Position numbers and translations under genes: made by a program. From contig JAYYFI010000007.1 in the NCBI GenBank assembly GCA_036158955.1, positions 2,576-66,575 of the forward strand: DNA of 64,000 nucleotides, written 5' to 3'. Shown in pieces: positions 58,459 to 64,000 of the stretch; position 1 is the first letter of the stretch, and each line of letters starts with the position of its first letter. The notes beneath the pieces were generated by a model. The model was not told the origin of the DNA. It saw only the letters and a list, made by a program, of their open reading frames with translations, and ran no database searches. The DNA is from Pseudomonadota bacterium. Lineage in GTDB: Bacteria; Pseudomonadota; Gammaproteobacteria; Ga0077536.

Positions 58459-59352
58459 ATGAAAGTATTTTCTTCTGAACGTTTTTCGATCCCTTTGCCA
58501 AGTAATCATAAATTTCCTATGGAAAAATATAAAATGTTAAGAGAGCTTGTTGGCAGAGATGGAAGATTCGAATTAGTTGAAGCATGCCCAATTGATATAG
58601 AAATCTTAAAGTCGGTACATGACAGAGACTATGTAATGAAAGTCATAAAAGGTTGTCTAAGTCCTTCTGAACTTCAAAATTTAGGTTTTCCATGGAGCCC
58701 AAATTTAGTAGATCGCTCCCTACACTCTGTGGGTAGTACGCTTGCGACGGTAAGAGCTGCGGTTGAGGATAAAGCGGCTTGTTCATTGGCCGGCGGGACT
58801 CACCACGCCGCTTACGCTCAGGGATCCGGCTTTTGCGTATTTAATGATATAGCGGTTGGGTGTTTTGTAATTTTAGAGCAGTATCCGGATCTAAATATTG
58901 TAGTTATAGACACGGACGTTCATCAGGGTGATGGAACTGCTACGATGTTGTCCGATTGTCCTAGAGTAGCTACAGTTTCGATACATGCAAACTCAAACTT
59001 TCCTCCTAGAAAACGGTGTAGCGATCTAGATGTCTTTTTGCCAAATATGATTGATGATGTTGGTTATCTAGAGATATTTCATAAAACACTCTTAGATATT
59101 CTTGAAACAAGAAGACCCGATTTGATAATTTTCGTCTCAGGTGCAGATATCTATGAGGGTGATAGGTTGGGGAAATTGTCAATATCAAAAAAAGCTATCA
59201 AGAGCAGAGACCAGGCACTTTTTCAGTATGCATCCGGTTTCGGAGCAGGTGTCGCCACTTTGATGGCTGGAGGATACGGAACGGATGTTAAAGATGTTGT
59301 TGATATCCATTTTAATACTGTAGCGCATGCATTTGAATTTTGGAGTTCTTAA
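58459..59352 (+). CDS. histone-deacetylase-family (Zn-dependent deacetylase/acetylpolyamine amidohydrolase-like) protein
   Basis: GGTHHA, GFCVFNDIA, IDTDVHQGDGT, SGADIYEGDRLG, MAGGYG (catalytic Tyr). Confidence 0.85.
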   Translation: MKVFSSERFSIPLPSNHKFPMEKYKMLRELVGRDGRFELVEACPIDIEILKSVHDRDYVMKVIKGCLSPSELQNLGFPWSPNLVDRSLHSVGSTLATVRAAVEDKAACSLAGGTHHAAYAQGSGFCVFNDIAVGCFVILEQYPDLNIVVIDTDVHQGDGTATMLSDCPRVATVSIHANSNFPPRKRCSDLDVFLPNMIDDVGYLEIFHKTLLDILETRRPDLIIFVSGADIYEGDRLGKLSISKKAIKSRDQALFQYASGFGAGVATLMAGGYGTDVKDVVDIHFNTVAHAFEFWSS

Positions 59353-60323
59353 TAAACTTTAAAATGTTCTAGTATGCTTTCAGCTTTTTTAAAAACATTT
59401 TGGTAAAGAGAACGTTTCAATTTTTTCTTCACTTTATAAACATTAGCATTTTTTATTAATCTAGAAATTACTTCATCGCTGGTCGCCAGTTCATCGACCA
59501 GATTCAACTCTTTAGCAGTCACCGCCTGCCAATATTCACCAGTTGCAACTTTTTCAATGTCAAGAATTGGGCGCCTTTTTAGGACAAATTCTTGGAATAT
59601 TTGATGCGTTCTGTCTATATCCGCTTGAAATTTACTCCGTCCTTCTTCAGTATTTTCTCCAAATAATGTTAGTGTTCTTTTATACTTACCTGCTGTGATC
59701 TGCTCATAATCTATATCATTTTTCTTCAGTACTTTGTTAAAGTTTGGTATCTGTGCAATGACTCCTATTGAACCGATTATAGCAAATGGTGCTGCTATGA
59801 TATTGTCTGCAACACAGGCCATTAAATAGCCGCCGCTAGCTGCAATTTTGTCAACGACAACGGTTAATTTGATTTTTGCATTTATAATTCTCTGCAGTTG
59901 TGAAGCCGCAAGGCCATACCCCTGAACGGTCCCGCCAGCGCTCTCGAGTATTACAAGCACCTCGTCATTGCTATTGGCTACCGAGAGTATTGCTGTAATT
60001 TCATCTCTTAAGGCTTCAACTGAAGTTGCTCCTATATCACCCAAAAAATTGCATATATATATATTTTTTTCAAAGGATTTTTTTTCTTCTTTAAATTTTC
60101 TTTTTTTGATTCGTGATTTTTCTGTAATATTTAAAAGCATATGTTTTTTTATTGCAGCGTGTTCGCGATTAACGTTCATAATTTCAATTTGATTTAATTT
60201 TACTTTCGGTTCGTTTTTAGTATTTTTCAATAGCAATATAAATAGAAATAAAAAAATAATTAATGATAAGAATTTTCCACTAAATAACAAAAATTCAAAG
60301 ATATATTCCATGTGTAACTCCAC
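59349..60323 (-). CDS. sohB: S49-family periplasmic protease SohB
   Basis: N-terminal TM, a lysine-rich linker, and a ClpP/S49 fold with the AASGGYLMAC serine motif and GSIGV block. Confidence 0.8.
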   Translation of the reverse strand: MELHMEYIFEFLLFSGKFLSLIIFLFLFILLLKNTKNEPKVKLNQIEIMNVNREHAAIKKHMLLNITEKSRIKKRKFKEEKKSFEKNIYICNFLGDIGATSVEALRDEITAILSVANSNDEVLVILESAGGTVQGYGLAASQLQRIINAKIKLTVVVDKIAASGGYLMACVADNIIAAPFAIIGSIGVIAQIPNFNKVLKKNDIDYEQITAGKYKRTLTLFGENTEEGRSKFQADIDRTHQIFQEFVLKRRPILDIEKVATGEYWQAVTAKELNLVDELATSDEVISRLIKNANVYKVKKKLKRSLYQNVFKKAESILEHFKVY

Positions 60324-60331
60324 GTGACAAT

Positions 60332-61096
60332 CTATTTAAGTAAGAGAACGAGGATTAATACAAATATGGTTGCATGAAAAAATGGCATTATAAAGTTGCC
60401 ATCTTGTTTGATTGAAAGATGCGCCCCAATCCAGCCTCCAGCCATATTTCCCGCAGCAAGAGCAATTCCTGCCCACCATAAAATTGATGAGCCGAAAAAA
60501 AATACTGTTAGTGCAGCGATCGAATAAGGTACCACTGCAATTACTTTGTGCATATTTGTTTGAATAAGATTCATTCCTCCTATTGAGCTGAGGACAAACA
60601 TTAGTAAAAAACCAATTCCCACGTGAATAAAGCCGCCGTAGAATCCGATGCCAATCAACATGATATAAACAAGTGGTTTCCGCTTAAGATTATTGGAGAA
60701 CGCAAACGTATCATATATATTTTTATGCCTATATTTTCTGATTGCCATGCTGACTGCCACAATAACCATTATGAAAGCCAATATTTTATTAAATATGAAA
60801 TCTGGCATTCTAACCCCAGCCAAGGCTCCAAGGACTGCTCCAGGAATCAATGCAATGGCTATGTACAAACTTTGTTTAATGTCTTTGTAACCTTTTTTAA
60901 AAAAAACAAATGTTGCTGGTAAGGCTTGGGCAATTATAGCTATTCGATTAGTACCATTCGCAACAGTCGATGGTATTCCAAAAAGAATCATAATTGGGAG
61001 GCTTATTAAGGAGCCGCCTCCCGCAACAGTATTTATAACTCCAGCAGCAGTTCCGGCTAAAGTAAGTGACAAAATAATCGCAACTTCATTTATCAT
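60332..61096 (-). CDS. TauE/SafE-family (sulfite/anion exporter-like) membrane protein
   Basis: ~8 TM, internally duplicated, with GGGS.I..P and ANGTNR motifs typical of TauE/SafE. Confidence 0.78.
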   Translation of the reverse strand: MINEVAIILSLTLAGTAAGVINTVAGGGSLISLPIMILFGIPSTVANGTNRIAIIAQALPATFVFFKKGYKDIKQSLYIAIALIPGAVLGALAGVRMPDFIFNKILAFIMVIVAVSMAIRKYRHKNIYDTFAFSNNLKRKPLVYIMLIGIGFYGGFIHVGIGFLLMFVLSSIGGMNLIQTNMHKVIAVVPYSIAALTVFFFGSSILWWAGIALAAGNMAGGWIGAHLSIKQDGNFIMPFFHATIFVLILVLLLK

Positions 61097-61111
61097 TGAT
61101 CCCCCCTTTCT

Positions 61112-61930
61112 CTAGGTTGGCATCGGGTGCCAACCGGCATCAGCCCATAGTTGACCGCTAACAGCTGAATTCCGTATTAAAAAACTGATTGCATCAGCTA
61201 TCTCTTCAGGCCTTATCAAGCGGCCTATTTGAGTTGCGGGTAAGACTTGACTATTGATATATTCTTCGCCGAGGGCACGGACCATAGGCGTATCTGTGAA
61301 TCCTGGATGTAAAACTGCGCATCTCACTCCGTGATAAATTGATTCTTTCATCAACGTGGCAGCGGCCGCCTCTAGACCACCCTTTGTTGCAGCATAAGAC
61401 AATTGGCCTTTGTTACCTTGTGATGATACTGAGCCTATAAAAACCACTACACCTTGAGTACCTTCTTCAGGTATCCATTTAGAATTATTTGCTTTGCTCC
61501 TTTGTTCTGCATGCTGCGCAACGAGTTCAAGAGCCCAATATATTGGAGCTATCAAATTGACTTCAACTACTTGACGAAAGTTCTCAACTGGATATATCCG
61601 TGCTTTTGATTTTTCTTTATTTAATTTAACACTTAAAGCATCTCGTGTTATCCCAGCAGCCGGGATACATATATTTACCGGGCCAAACTCTGAAAACATA
61701 GATGAAAAAACACTTTGTCTAAACTCGCTGTCTGTGGTGTCGCCTTGAAAAACTTTAAGATGCACTCCGGGGTTTGTTTTTTGGATGGACTCTGCTACGT
61801 TAAAAACCTCACTAGACAAGTCCACTAAGGCTATAGCTGTAGCATTTTGTTTACTTAACTCATCAGCTGTAGCCCTGCCAATTCCGCTTCCCGCCCCCGT
61901 TATGATTGCTGTCTTTCCATCAATTTCCAT
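61112..61930 (-). CDS. SDR-family oxidoreductase
   Basis: ITGAGSGIGRA, AAG, GSVSS...YAATKGG catalytic tetrad region, HPGFTDTPM. Confidence 0.85.
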   Translation of the reverse strand: MEIDGKTAIITGAGSGIGRATADELSKQNATAIALVDLSSEVFNVAESIQKTNPGVHLKVFQGDTTDSEFRQSVFSSMFSEFGPVNICIPAAGITRDALSVKLNKEKSKARIYPVENFRQVVEVNLIAPIYWALELVAQHAEQRSKANNSKWIPEEGTQGVVVFIGSVSSQGNKGQLSYAATKGGLEAAAATLMKESIYHGVRCAVLHPGFTDTPMVRALGEEYINSQVLPATQIGRLIRPEEIADAISFLIRNSAVSGQLWADAGWHPMPT

Positions 61931-62003
61931 ATTTCTTACGCCTAAAACTGTTAAACTGATATGATACTCGGAGTTGTGCAGTGCCGCAAATCAGTCTTGT
62001 TTA

Positions 62004-63209
62004 TTATAGATTCTTATTTTTCTTAATTTTTGTGAGCAGCCTGCTTGGAAAATAACTTGCAACAAAGGCTATTGCTAGTGAAGTAATAGATATTGTTAAT
62101 AGGTCGCTAGGTCTAATTTTAATTGGTAGATAGTCCACAAAGTAAATTTCCGGATTGATCAATTTTAACGAGAGTAAATTTTCAACTGCGTTCAATATCA
62201 CTGGAGCAAAAAGAGTTATTAAAATGCCCAAAATCAAGCCAGCAATGACACCTAATACCGATATAATTGAACCCATAGTCACCATAATGTTAGATAAAAT
62301 ATTTGAAGTTGCTCCCATGCTTTTCAAATATTTTAGTGCGTATTTTTTTTCCTTCGTAGCCAAAACTACTGCCGTTGCGACATTAAAGCTTGCCACAATT
62401 ATGATTAAGCTCATTATTACGAATAGGATTCGTTTTTGCGATTTGAGAGCTAAAAAGAATTGTTGGTTGAATATCGTCCATGGATATATTTCTAGGGTGT
62501 CCCCAAAGATGTTGCTGATAGTCGATGCAGTTTTTTCGGCAATTGATGGGTCTTTCAAATATACTCTAAAACCAGATACATAACCTTCCAGCTGGAAAAC
62601 GTTCTGCGCTGTTCGTTTGTTCATGATTATGAATTTTGAGTCAACTTGGTGGAGTCCTATTTTAAAGAAATCAGAAATTATCATTCTCGAAGCGCGAACA
62701 CCTCGTTCTGGTGAAATTAATGTGACCGAATCACCGATAGACTTTTCTAACTTATTGAGGAGGGTCTCCCCAAGGATGATATTATTTTCATTTTTCTGAA
62801 AACCATCGATATTTAAGTAGTCAGCCAACCCTTTTTTTTTCTCATTCTTCCCCATATATATCGCCTCGATCACTATCGGAGTGAAAGAGTCTCCCGACTC
62901 AATAAGAGCATCCTTTCTTATAAAGGGTTCAACTGCCTGAATATTTACATGGTTTTTTAGCCAATCTTCCTCAATCTCCCAATTTAGTTTTTTTTCTCGG
63001 TAGAAAATTACAATGTCAGATGTAATACCTAGTGTGTGTTTTAATATGGCATATTCAAATCCATTAATTATTGAAGTTGCGATTGTAATAGTGGCTACTC
63101 CTACACTAATTGAAAAGGCCGCCACCAAAGCAGCCAAATTTAGAGATTTATTTTTTTTCATCCCCAAAAAAAATCTAAAACCAACAAAAAGTATTTCAAT
63201 TGGACGCAT
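62004..63209 (-). CDS. lipoprotein-releasing ABC transporter permease (LolC/LolE family, FtsX-like)
   Basis: 4-TM MacB/FtsX topology with a large periplasmic loop. The N-terminus FRFFLGMKKNKSLNLAALVAAFSISVGVATITIATSIINGFE is typical of LolC/E. No adjacent LolD in the window. Confidence 0.75.
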   Translation of the reverse strand: MRPIEILFVGFRFFLGMKKNKSLNLAALVAAFSISVGVATITIATSIINGFEYAILKHTLGITSDIVIFYREKKLNWEIEEDWLKNHVNIQAVEPFIRKDALIESGDSFTPIVIEAIYMGKNEKKKGLADYLNIDGFQKNENNIILGETLLNKLEKSIGDSVTLISPERGVRASRMIISDFFKIGLHQVDSKFIIMNKRTAQNVFQLEGYVSGFRVYLKDPSIAEKTASTISNIFGDTLEIYPWTIFNQQFFLALKSQKRILFVIMSLIIIVASFNVATAVVLATKEKKYALKYLKSMGATSNILSNIMVTMGSIISVLGVIAGLILGILITLFAPVILNAVENLLSLKLINPEIYFVDYLPIKIRPSDLLTISITSLAIAFVASYFPSRLLTKIKKNKNL

Positions 63210-63302
63210 TCTGAATTCCTTTCTTTCTAGTTTAACAGTCTTTAAAACCAGTGTCTTTTTTATTAAAATGAGAATTCATTTAAAAAATAAGGTATGCATT
63301 AA

Positions 63303-63944
63303 ATGATATTTGGAAAAGAGTTTCCATCAAAGGTAATCGATGAGAAATCGGCACTCAAGGGCCGAAAAGAACCGATCATCGTTTCAACAAATCACTTATT
63401 TTTTCAAAACAGTATTGACGCTAGTTTTGGCGACAATGCTCAACAGATTTGTTTTGGCGCTGGTTGTTTTTGGGGAGTTGAAAAAAGATTATGGGAAATT
63501 GATGGTGTAATCTCTACTTCAGTTGGTTACGCTGGCGGTTTTACAGAGAACCCGACTTATGAGGAAGTCTGCTCAGGGCAAACTGGTCACACGGAGGTAG
63601 TATTAGTCACTTTTGACAAATTATCGATTAAGTTGGGCGAAATACTAAAGGTTTTCTGGGAGATGCATGATCCTACTCAAGGGTTTCGGCAAGGCAATGA
63701 TGTTGGAACTCAATATCGTTCTGCAATCTATTATTGTAGGAAAGAGCAAGAAAGTGTACTCATCAGTTCTATGGAAAGTTATGAACGAATTCTGGCTAAA
63801 GCAGGGTTGGGAGACGTGACAACGGAAATTAAAAAGCTTGAAAGATTTTATTTTGCTGAAGATTATCACCAACAGTATTTGATTAAAAATCCAAATGGTT
63901 ATTGTGCGTTACGGGGAACGGGTTGTAAGTTTGACGACGAATGA
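63303..63944 (+). CDS. msrA: peptide-methionine (S)-S-oxide reductase
   Basis: FGAGCFWGVE catalytic Cys motif, GYAGG, GHTEVV, DPTQ..RQGNDVGTQYRS, EDYHQQYL. Confidence 0.9.
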   Translation: MIFGKEFPSKVIDEKSALKGRKEPIIVSTNHLFFQNSIDASFGDNAQQICFGAGCFWGVEKRLWEIDGVISTSVGYAGGFTENPTYEEVCSGQTGHTEVVLVTFDKLSIKLGEILKVFWEMHDPTQGFRQGNDVGTQYRSAIYYCRKEQESVLISSMESYERILAKAGLGDVTTEIKKLERFYFAEDYHQQYLIKNPNGYCALRGTGCKFDDE

Positions 63945-64000
63945 AAGGTCGTTTTGGAGGCTACTGGATGGGACTAACGATAGATTATAAATTAATTGAT

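Noticed and set aside
62155-62583. 142-aa ORF antisense to the lolC/E-type permease, plus the similar 9349..9723 ORF antisense to surE
   Set aside because: Both are embedded in confident opposite-strand genes. Open antisense frames are expected in AT-rich genomes because stop codons are depleted on the complement of the codon-biased strand.
62832-62840. T9 homopolymer (A9 on the coding strand, encoding KKK) inside the lolC/E-type gene as a possible frameshift or phase-variation site
   Set aside because: The ORF reads through in frame with a sensible full-length product. Lys-rich A-runs are common in AT-rich genomes.

Overview
This is a visibly AT-rich, very gene-dense chromosomal segment with about 66 CDS. 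Most intergenic gaps are under 150 nt and the largest is about 240 nt. The housekeeping set (selO, ettA, surE, sohB, lolC/E-type permease, trmO, icd, class-I DAHP synthase, msrA, cysK) suggests a streamlined marine proteobacterium, probably gammaproteobacterial; this is only a guess. I saw no rRNA, tRNA, CRISPR array, transposase, integrase, phage gene or recognisable defence gene. The only clear RNA element is a TPP riboswitch in front of thiC. The only transcription regulator in 64 kb is one OmpR-type two-component pair. The window is dominated by oxidative catabolism of hydrophobic and acyl substrates:
- six luciferase-like monooxygenase (LLM) paralogs
- three acyl-CoA dehydrogenases with etfBA, ETF-QO and a 2Fe-2S ferredoxin
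- an acyl-CoA synthetase, a CoA-transferase and a Na+/solute symporter
- an MMPL/RND exporter with a LolA-like partner, a DUF1329 protein and an intracellular PHB depolymerase
- a TonB2-type energising cluster

I could not identify one unambiguous novel system. The best candidates for undescribed biology are:
1. selO tightly coupled to a signal-peptide-less NPP-family phosphodiesterase, a possible AMPylation writer/eraser pair.
2. An operon alternating cytoplasmic LLMs with exported LolA-fold or unknown proteins (LLM, DUF1329, LLM, secreted protein).
3. A split urea-carboxylase-like biotin enzyme (biotin carboxylase plus KipI-like plus KipA-like) with no BCCP or PxpA, sitting behind a 7-TM PQ-loop-like membrane protein.
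4. A riboswitch-controlled thiC whose CX2CX4C iron-sulfur motif reads CX2WX4C.

All functional calls come from motif recognition by eye. No searches were run.
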